Assembly: GCA_965277805.1 (NCBI GenBank)
Contig: OZ255842.1
Coordinates: forward strand, 3,936,001 to 4,000,000
Source of the DNA: Candidatus Lustribacter sp.
GTDB lineage: Bacteria > Vulcanimicrobiota > Vulcanimicrobiia > Vulcanimicrobiales > Vulcanimicrobiaceae
Length of the DNA: 64,000 nucleotides
Direction of reading: 5' to 3'
Shown here piece by piece: positions 1 through 10,448 of this stretch. Made by a program: the position numbers and the translations under genes. The notes under the pieces are model-generated. The model had not been told where the DNA came from. It ran no database searches and saw only the letters and a program-made list of their open reading frames with translations. Positions within the stretch are counted from its first letter, which is position 1, and each line of letters begins with the position of its first letter.

Positions 1-683
1 TGGGGCCCGAGGTAGGCCTCGCACCAGGCGTGGGAGGCCTCGGCACCGAGCACCGACCCCTCCTCACCGCTGAACACGTAGCCGCTGACGTACCGTGCCG
101 GAATCCCATAGTAGCGGCAAAGCGCAACCAGAATGTGCGCGAAGTCTTGGCAAACGCCCGCTCGAGCACGGATCGATTCATCGATCGTCGTTTGAACGCT
201 GGTCGCCTCGCGGTCGTAGCTGAAGCGGTGATTGATGGTCGCACCGGCGTGCAGAAACCACGCGACGAGGTCGTCGCGCCCCGGATCGCCGACCTCACCG
301 GCAAATGCGCGCAATTCCGGACCGAACGTAACGTACTGACTCTCATGCAATTCGTCGTAGAGCCAGCGTACGTTGGGATCGCCGGCTAACTGATCCTTCG
401 TGACGGGACTTGGTGCCGGCGGATTCGCCGGGCGTACGGTGATCACCGATGACCGCGCGACGATCGAGAGCACGTCGTGATCGGGCAGCACCGCGAAATG
501 CTGTACGTCATTGCCGAATCGGTCGGTATACGAAAACACGCGGGCGCGCGGCGCAACGTTCAATTCGTACTTCGTGCAGTATTGAGACGAGTCGCTGCGC
601 GGCCGCAAACGCACGATGCTATAACTCTCGTGAATCTTGCCGGGATAGCGATATGTGGTCTGGTGCAGGATCGTAAATTCCAC
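1..683 (-). CDS. Transglutaminase-family protein with bacterial transglutaminase N-terminal domain (3' end runs off window)
   Basis: Not in ORF track; translated by hand from GTG at 683 after AGGAGG: MEFTILHQTTYRY...DRFGNDV...GVCQDFAHILVALCRYYGIPARYVSGY...ASHAWCEAY. Catalytic Cys and His motifs present. Confidence 0.92.
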   Translation of the reverse strand, partial: MEFTILHQTTYRYPGKIHESYSIVRLRPRSDSSQYCTKYELNVAPRARVFSYTDRFGNDVQHFAVLPDHDVLSIVARSSVITVRPANPPAPSPVTKDQLAGDPNVRWLYDELHESQYVTFGPELRAFAGEVGDPGRDDLVAWFLHAGATINHRFSYDREATSVQTTIDESIRARAGVCQDFAHILVALCRYYGIPARYVSGYVFSGEEGSVLGAEASHAWCEAYLGP

Positions 684-840
684 GATATCAGCCTCCTGGG
701 CTGTAAGGGCGCGCTACCGTACCGACATGAGATGTATTGCTACGTACCATTTGTTCAATGCTCCGACGGTACTTTTGCCGTCGGCGCCGTTGTAGAGGCA
801 CTCCATCTCTAAATCTTCCGGAAACACTCTCCTCGACGCG

Positions 841-1536
841 ATGACGAACGAGGACTTTGCAGCGATTTCCAACCAGTTGGAGACCGTTCAGTTGAGCGTC
901 CGGCAAACGCTCTACGACGACGGCTCGCCCGCCAACGACGTATACTTTCCGATCGATTGCGTAATCTCGGTCGTGACCACGATGAACGACGGCTCGGCGA
1001 TCGAGACCGCGACGGTCGGCTATGAGGGCATGTGCGGGGCGCAGGTTGCGCTCGGTACGAAAGACACGTTCGGGCGCTGGTTCTGTCAGATTCCCGGCCG
1101 AGCGTACAAGATGACCGTGGCCGACTTTTTGCGCGGCTACGAACGCGACGAACGCTGGCGGCTCGCCGTCGGCCGCTATCTGCAAGCCGTGATCGACGTC
1201 CTCTCGCAGTCGGTGGCCTGCAATCGCCTGCACCTGGTCAGCGAACGCTGTGCGCGTTGGCTCTTGATGAGCGCCGACCGCGTCCATTCGGCCGACTTTC
1301 CGCTCACGCACGAAGCGCTGGCCACGATGCTGGGCGTCCGCCGCGCCGGAGTCAGCGTCGCGGCGGCGGCGCTGCAAGCTGCCGGCTACCTGAGCTATCG
1401 CCGCGGCCGATTTCACATCAACGATTCGGCGGGACTCGAGTCGGCAGCATGCGAGTGTTATGCCGTCACGCGCGCTATCTACGATCGCCGTTTGCTGACC
1501 CAGCCTGCCATCGGCACCGACGGCGTACGTCCGTAG
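841..1536 (+). CDS. Crp/Fnr-family transcriptional regulator (true start possibly ATC at 805)
   Basis: cNMP-like domain (VYFPIDCVIS, VGYEGMCG) followed by ERCARWLL and HTH LTHEALATMLGVRRAGVS. Confidence 0.92.
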   Translation: MTNEDFAAISNQLETVQLSVRQTLYDDGSPANDVYFPIDCVISVVTTMNDGSAIETATVGYEGMCGAQVALGTKDTFGRWFCQIPGRAYKMTVADFLRGYERDERWRLAVGRYLQAVIDVLSQSVACNRLHLVSERCARWLLMSADRVHSADFPLTHEALATMLGVRRAGVSVAAAALQAAGYLSYRRGRFHINDSAGLESAACECYAVTRAIYDRRLLTQPAIGTDGVRP

Positions 1537-1537
1537 A

Positions 1538-2476
1538 CTACCCAACCGGCACCCGCGGGAAATAACTCGACTGGATCGACGAGCCGATGGCGTCGGCGCG
1601 TTCGGCAAATCGCGCCGCAAAACGATCTCCGCCTTCATCGAGAATCTCGCCGATTTGCACGAAGTCCAGCATCGCCTGCAGCCGTCCGGTCACCCGCTCG
1701 GCTTCGTTGGAATAGGCACCCATCGCGGTTTCTGAAATGCGGTGTAATGCCCGGTCGACTTCGTGCGTGCAGAAGCGAATCGAACGCGGAAAACTGCGGT
1801 GCAAGAAGAGAAAGGCGAGCGCCTCGTTGGGATCGGACGAAAGCCGCTGGGCCTTGGCAAACGGTTCGCTCGCGCAGCACATCTCGAGCAGCCGCTGCCA
1901 CTCGTGCGCCGAATCGTCGCTGAAGTCGTGATTGCGCAGGATGCGCGCGGTCATCGCGGCCCGCTCCAGATAGCGGCCGATCTGCAAGAAATTCCATTCG
2001 TCATCGTGCGAGACCGTCGCGTCGACGATTCCGCCGAAGGCTTGCGCGGTATCGCGAACGCTGCGCAAGAACGATGACGGCCCTTCGCGCGCGACCGACC
2101 GCGGAGATTGCGCTTCAACGAAGAGATAGAGGCCGTTGAGGCATTCCCACACTTCGGTCGACAGCTCGGCCCGCACGCTGAGCGCGTTCGAGCGCGCGAT
2201 GCGGATGCACGACACGATCGAGGTGCGATACTCGGTCGAAAACGTGCAGCGTTCGAACGCCGCCGACGCGAGCGACGCGCCTTCGAGCAATTCGACGTCG
2301 GCGGAAATGCCCGCCATGTCGAACACGCTGCGCCAAATGCGCGCTGCGCGTTCGCGGCCGGCCGCATTGCGGTCGACGGTGCGGTTGTAGTTCACGTCGA
2401 GAATACGCGCCAGCGTTTCCGCGCGTTCGACGTTGCGGCTCATCCAGTACAGTGATTCTGCAACGCGAGATAGCAC
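1538..2476 (-). CDS. Alpha-E domain protein
   Basis: Family-typical N-terminus MLSRVAESLYWMSRNVERAE from GTG 2476; second ER motif (GRYLERA); FPRSIRFC; directly downstream of the ATP-grasp gene. Confidence 0.92.
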   Translation of the reverse strand: MLSRVAESLYWMSRNVERAETLARILDVNYNRTVDRNAAGRERAARIWRSVFDMAGISADVELLEGASLASAAFERCTFSTEYRTSIVSCIRIARSNALSVRAELSTEVWECLNGLYLFVEAQSPRSVAREGPSSFLRSVRDTAQAFGGIVDATVSHDDEWNFLQIGRYLERAAMTARILRNHDFSDDSAHEWQRLLEMCCASEPFAKAQRLSSDPNEALAFLFLHRSFPRSIRFCTHEVDRALHRISETAMGAYSNEAERVTGRLQAMLDFVQIGEILDEGGDRFAARFAERADAIGSSIQSSYFPRVPVG

Positions 2477-2478
2477 GT

Positions 2479-3918
2479 CTAGTCGTCCAAGACCCAGGTG
2501 TCTTTGCTGCCGCCGCCCTGCGAGGAATTCACGACCAGCGAGCCTTCGGTCAACGCCACGCGCGTCAACGCGGTCGGCGGAACGTCGACCTGATCGCCCA
2601 ACAGTACGAACGGCCGCAGATCGATGTGACGCGGCGCGAGCGTCTCGCCCACGATCGTCGGATGACATGAGAGCGGGATGATCGGCTGGGCGATGAAGTC
2701 GCGCGGCGAAGCCTCGATCGCTTCTTTGAAGCGCGCGCGCTCGGCCGCGGACGCGAACGGGCCCATCAGCATGCCGTACCCGCCGGATTGGTTGGTATTC
2801 TTCACCACCAGCTCGTCGAGGTGCGAGGTCACGTGCCGCCGCTGCAAGTCGTCCGTGCAATCGTAGGTCGGAACGTTCGGCAGAATCGGCTCTTCGCCCA
2901 AGTAAAAGCGAATGATCTCGGGCACGAACGGGTAGATCGCCTTGTCGTCGGCGACGCCGGTGCCGACCGCGTTCGCGATCCCGACGGCGCCCGCGCGGTA
3001 CGCGTTCATCAAGCCGGCCACGCCGAGCGTCGAGTCAGCCTTGAACACGAGCGGATCCAAATAGTCGTCATCGATGCGGCGATAGATTACATCGACGCGT
3101 TGAAGGCCCTTGGTCGTCTTCATGTAGACGACGTTGTCGTGCACGAGCAGATCGCTGCCCTCGACGAGCTCGACGCCCATGCGACGCGCAAGCACGGTGT
3201 GTTCGAAGTAGGCGGAGTTGTAGATGCCGGGCGTCAGCAGCACGACCGTCGGATCGCTGATCCCCGCCGGTGCGGAATGCCGCAACGCATCGAGCAGCCG
3301 CCGCGGGTAGTCGTCAACGGGCAGCGGCTGGTAGTGTTCGAACAGCCGCGGAAACGAACGCTTGAGCACGTCGCGGTTCTCGAGCACGTACGAAATCCCG
3401 GACGGCGTGCGCAAGTTGTCTTCGAGCACGTAATAGGTGCCGTCGCGGCCGCGGATCAGATCGCAGCCCGAGACGTGAATGTACACGTCGCGCGGCACGC
3501 GGAAGCCGATCATCTCGCGGTTGAAGAACTTCGATGAGAACACCATCTCCGCGGAGATGCGGCCCTCGTGCAGAATTCGCTGCGGCCCGTAGATGTCGCC
3601 GAGAAAGGCGTTGAGCGCCATCACGCGCTGCGCGATGCCGCGTTTGATCAGCGCCCACTCGTTGCCCGGAACGATGCGCGGAATCAGATCGAAGGGCAGG
3701 ATACGCTCGGTTCCACGGCTGTCGGAGTAGACGGTGAACGTAACGCCGCGCTGCAAGAGCACCGAGTTGACGAGGTCGACCCGGTGCCGGAATTCGGCGA
3801 TGTCGATCGAGCGCAGGGTGGCCGCGAGGCCCGCATAGTGGGCCCGCGGCACGCCGAGTTCGTCGGCAAATTCGTCGAAGAAATCGACTAGCGGGTACTC
3901 ATCGAGCAAGGGCTGCAT
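2479..3918 (-). CDS. Circularly permuted type 2 ATP-grasp protein
   Basis: Motifs VLEDNLRTPSGISY, NSAYFEH, VDVIYRRIDD, VADDKA and VVNSSQGGGSKDTWV; ATG 3918 preceded by GGAGG. Confidence 0.95.
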   Translation of the reverse strand: MQPLLDEYPLVDFFDEFADELGVPRAHYAGLAATLRSIDIAEFRHRVDLVNSVLLQRGVTFTVYSDSRGTERILPFDLIPRIVPGNEWALIKRGIAQRVMALNAFLGDIYGPQRILHEGRISAEMVFSSKFFNREMIGFRVPRDVYIHVSGCDLIRGRDGTYYVLEDNLRTPSGISYVLENRDVLKRSFPRLFEHYQPLPVDDYPRRLLDALRHSAPAGISDPTVVLLTPGIYNSAYFEHTVLARRMGVELVEGSDLLVHDNVVYMKTTKGLQRVDVIYRRIDDDYLDPLVFKADSTLGVAGLMNAYRAGAVGIANAVGTGVADDKAIYPFVPEIIRFYLGEEPILPNVPTYDCTDDLQRRHVTSHLDELVVKNTNQSGGYGMLMGPFASAAERARFKEAIEASPRDFIAQPIIPLSCHPTIVGETLAPRHIDLRPFVLLGDQVDVPPTALTRVALTEGSLVVNSSQGGGSKDTWVLDD

Positions 3919-4080
3919 TGACCACAGGTTCCTCCCGAGGCGCGGACCCTCACTTGGCCCACTGGACAACGCTCCCCGGGCGGCCCTTCATCCACACCAT
4001 CCACAGGCGCGTGTGCAGGATAACCTTCCCATAAGGCAGCCCGAAGCAACCCGGCGGCCTTGCAGGCGGTCCAAGCCAGC

Positions 4081-5196
4081 GTGTCCGCCTACGATGTCTT
4101 AGTCGTGGGCGCCGGCCTTGCAGGCAGCACGATCGCCGAGCGGTGTGCAAGCGAGTTCGGCGCGAACGTCTTGCTGATCGACCGACGCCCCCACCTGGCC
4201 GGTAACTGCCACGACCCCGTCGACGCGGACGGCTTGCAGTACCATCAGTACGGCCCCCACGTCTTCCACACCAACTCCGAGGACGTCATCGACTACCTGG
4301 GCGCGTTCACGGCCTGGCGCCCCTACGAGCATCGCGTGCTGGCGAACGTCGACGGACGGCTGCTGCCGATCCCGATCAACCGGACGACGATCAACGCGCT
4401 CTACGGCCTCTCGCTCGATGAAGCCGGCGTAACGGCGTTTCTCGAGCGGGTCGCCGAGCCGTGCAGCGCGATCCGCACCTCGGAGGACGTGATCGTCTCG
4501 CGTATCGGACGCGAACTCTACGAGCGTTTCTTCGCCGGCTATACGCGCAAGCATTGGGGCCTCGACCCCTCGGCACTCGACGCGAGCGTCTGCGGGCGCA
4601 TCCCGACCCGCACCAACACCGACGACCGCTACTTCACCGACCGTTTTCAGCTGATGCCGGCAGACGGGTATACCGCGATGGTGGAGCGCATGACGAACCA
4701 CCCGCGCATCGAGCGCGTGCTCGGCGTCGACTACGTCGAGATCGCCGACCGCGCGCATTTCCGTCATGTCGTGTTCACCGGGCCGATCGACGCGTATTTC
4801 GAACACCGCTTCGGCAAGCTCCCATATCGCTCGCTGCGCTTCGAATTCGAGACGCACGATGTGGAGCGGTATCAGAACGCCGGCTGCATCAACGAACCGT
4901 CGGAAGACGTGCCGTACTTACGCACGACGGAATATAAGCACCTCACCGGGCAGCGTCATGCGAAGACGATCATCTCGCGTGAGTATCCGAGCGACGAAGG
5001 CGAGCCGTACTATCCGATCCCCGCGCCCGAAAGCCGCGAGCAGTATCGCAAGTACGCGCTGCTCGCGCAACGCACGCGCGGCGTGACGTTCGTCGGCCGG
5101 CTAGCGGAGTATCGCTACTACAACATGGATCAGGCGGTGGCGTCGGCGTTGCGTACGGCCGAGGATCTGGTCGGAGTCGTGCGCGCCGCGTCTTAG
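4081..5196 (+). CDS. glf: UDP-galactopyranose mutase
   Basis: VVGAGLAG FAD motif, HQYGPHVFHT, YTRKHWG, EPYYP, GRLAEYRYYNMDQ. Confidence 0.95.
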   Translation: MSAYDVLVVGAGLAGSTIAERCASEFGANVLLIDRRPHLAGNCHDPVDADGLQYHQYGPHVFHTNSEDVIDYLGAFTAWRPYEHRVLANVDGRLLPIPINRTTINALYGLSLDEAGVTAFLERVAEPCSAIRTSEDVIVSRIGRELYERFFAGYTRKHWGLDPSALDASVCGRIPTRTNTDDRYFTDRFQLMPADGYTAMVERMTNHPRIERVLGVDYVEIADRAHFRHVVFTGPIDAYFEHRFGKLPYRSLRFEFETHDVERYQNAGCINEPSEDVPYLRTTEYKHLTGQRHAKTIISREYPSDEGEPYYPIPAPESREQYRKYALLAQRTRGVTFVGRLAEYRYYNMDQAVASALRTAEDLVGVVRAAS

Positions 5197-5546
5197 AGCA
5201 GATTGTCCAGTTTGCGCAGGCGGTGCGTGATGATCTTCATGATGCGCAGCGCGAAGGACGGATCGTTGCGGGTGAGCTGGTAGAAACGCGTTTGGTCGAT
5301 GACGACGACCTTGACGTCGGTTTTGGCGTACGCTTCGGCGCTGCGCTCGAGATCATCGATGATGGCCATCTCGCCGAAGACGCTGCCGGTGCCGACCATT
5401 TCGAGCAGCTTGCCGCGCAGCACGATTTCGACCTCGCCCGAAGTCACGATGTACATGACTTCACCATGATCGCCGGTCTTGAAGAAGCGGTGGCCGCTCG
5501 GGAAAAACTGCGTGACGTCGTCACTTACGGTCTGAAGATCAACCAC
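5193..5546 (-). CDS. Stand-alone cyclic nucleotide-binding domain protein
   Basis: FFKTGDHGEVMYIVTSGEV...VFGEMAIIDDLERSAEA phosphate-binding cassette; GTG at 5546 after AAGGAG; no HTH. Confidence 0.88.
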   Translation of the reverse strand: MVDLQTVSDDVTQFFPSGHRFFKTGDHGEVMYIVTSGEVEIVLRGKLLEMVGTGSVFGEMAIIDDLERSAEAYAKTDVKVVVIDQTRFYQLTRNDPSFALRIMKIITHRLRKLDNLL

Positions 5547-5675
5547 GCGGCTCTCCTTTCTTCTGCGCTCTCCAAAGTAAGCTACGCAGCGGACGTGCTT
5601 TCCTGGGCCTAAAAGTAAAGGCGCCGTAAGGGTGGGGACGACGGAATATTTCTTCGCCGGGTTTGTGGGTACAAG

Positions 5676-7076
5676 GTGCTCGTGAGCGCGTCTGTACCCG
5701 TCGTGATTTGCGGCGCCGGTCCAACCGGCATGAGCCTCGCGCTCGAGCTGGCGCGCTTCGACGTCCCGTTTCGTATCATCGACAAAGCGCCGGCCGGCGC
5801 CGAACATTCGCAGGCGCTGGGCGTTCAGGCTCGCACGCTGGAGCTGCTCGAGGCCGCGCACATCACCGATCGGCTCCTCAATTACGCGCAGCGCGTCGAA
5901 CACGTGCGGATTGCCGCCGGCACGCGGCCGCTGATCGAGACGGATTTCAGCGACTTGCCGACGGCGTATCCGTTCCTCGCGATGATTCCGCAGACCGACA
6001 CCGAGCGCGTGATGCGCGAGGCGCTCGAAGCGATCGGCGTGACGATCGAACGCGGCGTGACGCTCACCGCCATCTCGCAAGATGCTGAGAGCGTCGTCCT
6101 CGACCTTGCCGGAGCCTCGGGCATCGAACGCGTCAATACGCGTTTTCTGGCCGCGTGCGACGGCGCGCACAGCACCGTGCGCCACCTGCTCGATCTGCCG
6201 TTCACCGGCCACGCGCTACCGGAGCGCTTCGCGCTGGCCGACGTCCGCCTCGACACCGAGCTCACGCCCGACACGCTGCACGTGCACCTTGCGCCCGACG
6301 GGGGCGCGACCGCGCTCTTTCCGCTGCGTGACCGCTGGCGCATCATCGTCGAATCGCCGCAGGGGCTGCCCGACCCGCCCGAAGCCGCGGCCTTCGATGC
6401 GGCGCTGACCGCCCAGGCGTTTCCGGCGCGCATTCGCGAGACGATGTGGATGGCGAACTACCACGTGCATCAGCGAAGGGTCGAGCGCCTGCGTGCGGGC
6501 AACGCGTTCTTGCTCGGCGACGCCGCGCACATCCACTCGCCGATCGGCGGCCAGGGCATGAACAGCGGCATCGGCGATGCCGTGAACCTCGGCTGGAAAC
6601 TCGCGCTCGTGGTCCGCGACAACGTGCCGCCGGCGCTGCTCGACACCTACGCTGAAGAACGCGGAGCGGTCGGCCGCGCGCTGCTCGCGGCGACGGATTA
6701 CGGCAACCGGCTCGCGTTCAACGCCAACACGATGGTGCGGGCCTTACGCAACGCGGTGCTGCCGGTCGCCTCGCATCTGCCGCTGGTGCGCGACCGCTTG
6801 CGCGAGAACGTCGCGCAGCTGCGCATCGCCTACCCGCACAGCCCGCTGTCGGTGAACGGCGCACCTGCGCGGCGCGGTCTGCGCGCCGGCATGCGCGTGC
6901 GCGGGGCGCGGCCCGCGAGTTACCGCCCGCAGACGATCGTCATGCACCCGCACGATCAGCAGGCCGCGATCACGCTCGTGCTGCGTCCCGACGGGTACGC
7001 CGGTTACGTCTCCGACGGCGCGCACGCACACGGCGCGGTCACCTACTTGCGCAACGTGATCGGCCTGCGCAGCTAG
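5676..7076 (+). CDS. FAD-dependent monooxygenase (aromatic hydroxylase-like)
   Basis: GAGPTG, ACDGAHSTVR, LLGDAAHIHSPIGGQGMNSGIGDA, LRPDGY. Confidence 0.9.
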   Translation: MLVSASVPVVICGAGPTGMSLALELARFDVPFRIIDKAPAGAEHSQALGVQARTLELLEAAHITDRLLNYAQRVEHVRIAAGTRPLIETDFSDLPTAYPFLAMIPQTDTERVMREALEAIGVTIERGVTLTAISQDAESVVLDLAGASGIERVNTRFLAACDGAHSTVRHLLDLPFTGHALPERFALADVRLDTELTPDTLHVHLAPDGGATALFPLRDRWRIIVESPQGLPDPPEAAAFDAALTAQAFPARIRETMWMANYHVHQRRVERLRAGNAFLLGDAAHIHSPIGGQGMNSGIGDAVNLGWKLALVVRDNVPPALLDTYAEERGAVGRALLAATDYGNRLAFNANTMVRALRNAVLPVASHLPLVRDRLRENVAQLRIAYPHSPLSVNGAPARRGLRAGMRVRGARPASYRPQTIVMHPHDQQAAITLVLRPDGYAGYVSDGAHAHGAVTYLRNVIGLRS

Positions 7077-7077
7077 A

Positions 7078-7698
7078 TCAGCTACCGGCTTCGATGATCG
7101 CGTCAAGGACGGGGCGGTCGGACCCGCGCAGAAAATCTGCCAGCGCCGAGCTAATCGTGATCCGTTCGGGCCGCGCGGATGCGGCGAGCTGGAAGCCGGT
7201 GTCGATGTTGGGCCCGAGGAAATCCAAGATCTGATTTTCGCGGTCGTGGAACATCTGGTCGCCGGTCAGCAATTCGCGCTTTTCCAGTTCGGCCACGAGC
7301 TCGGCCATCTTCGGCGGCACGTTCTCCGCAAACGACAGCACCGGCGCGATCCACGCCAAGGCGCGGATCGAGATGTATTCGGTCGCTGCGGCGTACTTCG
7401 CGCTCGCGCCGAACTCGTTCATCAACGCGCCGAGCGTCCGGTCGATGGCGCGGATGCTATGTTCCACTTGATACGCCGTTTCGATGCGCTGATAGAACAG
7501 CACCTCATCGCCCTGATACTTCCAGACGACCGCGTTCTCGACACCGCGGCTCGTGATGTGGCGCCGGCACTCGCTATGGAAGAAGCGGAAGAGCTCGACC
7601 CAGTGGAAGCGTTCGAACTTCTGGGCCTTGAGCCGGCTCGAGCCGACGAGATCGAATGAGAAAAACAGATAAACGTCGACCCGAGAATTCGCTTCCAA
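7078..7698 (-). CDS. Divergent class III nucleotidyl cyclase-like protein, possibly C-terminally truncated
   Basis: FSFDLVGSS, WKYQGDEVLF and DFLGPNIDTGFQL resemble the two metal-binding Asp motifs and G-x-x-V-N-like segment of class III cyclases; strong GGAGGAGG upstream. Confidence 0.55.
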   Translation of the reverse strand: MEANSRVDVYLFFSFDLVGSSRLKAQKFERFHWVELFRFFHSECRRHITSRGVENAVVWKYQGDEVLFYQRIETAYQVEHSIRAIDRTLGALMNEFGASAKYAAATEYISIRALAWIAPVLSFAENVPPKMAELVAELEKRELLTGDQMFHDRENQILDFLGPNIDTGFQLAASARPERITISSALADFLRGSDRPVLDAIIEAGS

Positions 7699-7797
7699 CC
7701 ATCCCCTCCTCCCGGGCTACTATACCGAAATACGAGCGCACCCATGTGTGATCCCGCGCAGATAACCCCGTTAAGACAAAGAAAAGCAAATGCATAG

Positions 7798-7829
7798 AAA
7801 AAGGCGCCCCGCTTTACGGAGCGCCTTCC
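7798..7829 (-). terminator. Rho-independent terminator downstream of groEL
   Basis: Minus strand AAGGCGCTCCG-TAAAG-CGGGGCGCCTT hairpin followed by a T run. Confidence 0.75.
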
Positions 7830-7873
7830 CATCACGGATGATGGATAGAAATTGCCGTAGGGCAATTCTATCC

Positions 7874-9834
<1,961 letters not shown>

Positions 9835-9856
9835 GAAAAACTCCTCCAAACAATTG

Positions 9857-9883
9857 TTGGCAGTTCTGGCACCCGAGTGCCAG
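9857..9883. promoter_or_regulatory. CIRCE element (HrcA operator), proximal copy
   Basis: TTGGCAGTT-N9-GAGTGCCAG versus consensus TTAGCACTC-N9-GAGTGCTAA, upstream of groES. Confidence 0.7.
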
Positions 9884-9891
9884 CACCAGCC

Positions 9892-9921
9892 AGATTAGCA
9901 GACTCGGGGCTAGAGTGCAAG
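9892..9921 (-). promoter_or_regulatory. groESL sigma70-type promoter overlapped by a distal CIRCE element
   Basis: Minus strand TTGCAC-17 bp-TAATCT with extended TG; overlaps CTTGCACTC-N9-GTCTGCTAA (9895-9921). Confidence 0.8.
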
Positions 9922-9983
9922 AGGCAATTTTGCGATTCTGGGTCCTGCCGGAGCGCCGGAGGGCGCGCGAGAACTGCCCGGAT

Positions 9984-10448
9984 ATGACACGACCGCTCGT
10001 TTCGCGCGAATGGCTGACCGCCGGGATCTGCGCCGGCCTGGTTTCCGGCATCACGCTGGCGGCCTTCGCGGCCTTCGCGGAGATTCGGGCCGGCTTGCCC
10101 GTGAGCACGACCTACGCGTTCCTGGCTTCGGCCGTCGGCGGGTCCGCCCTGGGAGACGGGCCCTCGGCCGTCCCCTGGGGGGTGGCCGTCCTTTTCGCCG
10201 GCACGATTCTGTGGGCGTTCGGCTACGTCTATGCCGCCCGGCACCAGTCGCAGCTGCTGACCCGGCCGTTGATCTCGGGCGCAGGCTTCGGCGTGATCGT
10301 CTGGTTCGTGATGCAAGTCGTGCTCGTGGGCGCCGGCCACTTCACCCCGCCGAACATCTACACGTTCGACCGCGACATGGTCGGCTTTATCTTGTTCTTC
10401 GGAATCCCGCTCGCGCTCACGGCCTCACGGTTGCTGCGCACGCGGTGA
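9984..10448 (+). CDS. Hypothetical membrane protein (about 4 TM)
   Basis: Four hydrophobic segments; stop overlaps the alr start (GTGA). Confidence 0.75.
   Translation: MTRPLVSREWLTAGICAGLVSGITLAAFAAFAEIRAGLPVSTTYAFLASAVGGSALGDGPSAVPWGVAVLFAGTILWAFGYVYAARHQSQLLTRPLISGAGFGVIVWFVMQVVLVGAGHFTPPNIYTFDRDMVGFILFFGIPLALTASRLLRTR

Noticed and set aside
3988-4005. Tandem TCATCCACA / CCATCCACA resembling DnaA boxes
   Set aside because: Only two mismatched copies, no AT-rich unwinding element or dnaA nearby.
5193-7698. Complete Pycsar or CBASS defence system
   Set aside because: No TIR or TM effector adjacent to the cyclase-like gene and no defence-island context.
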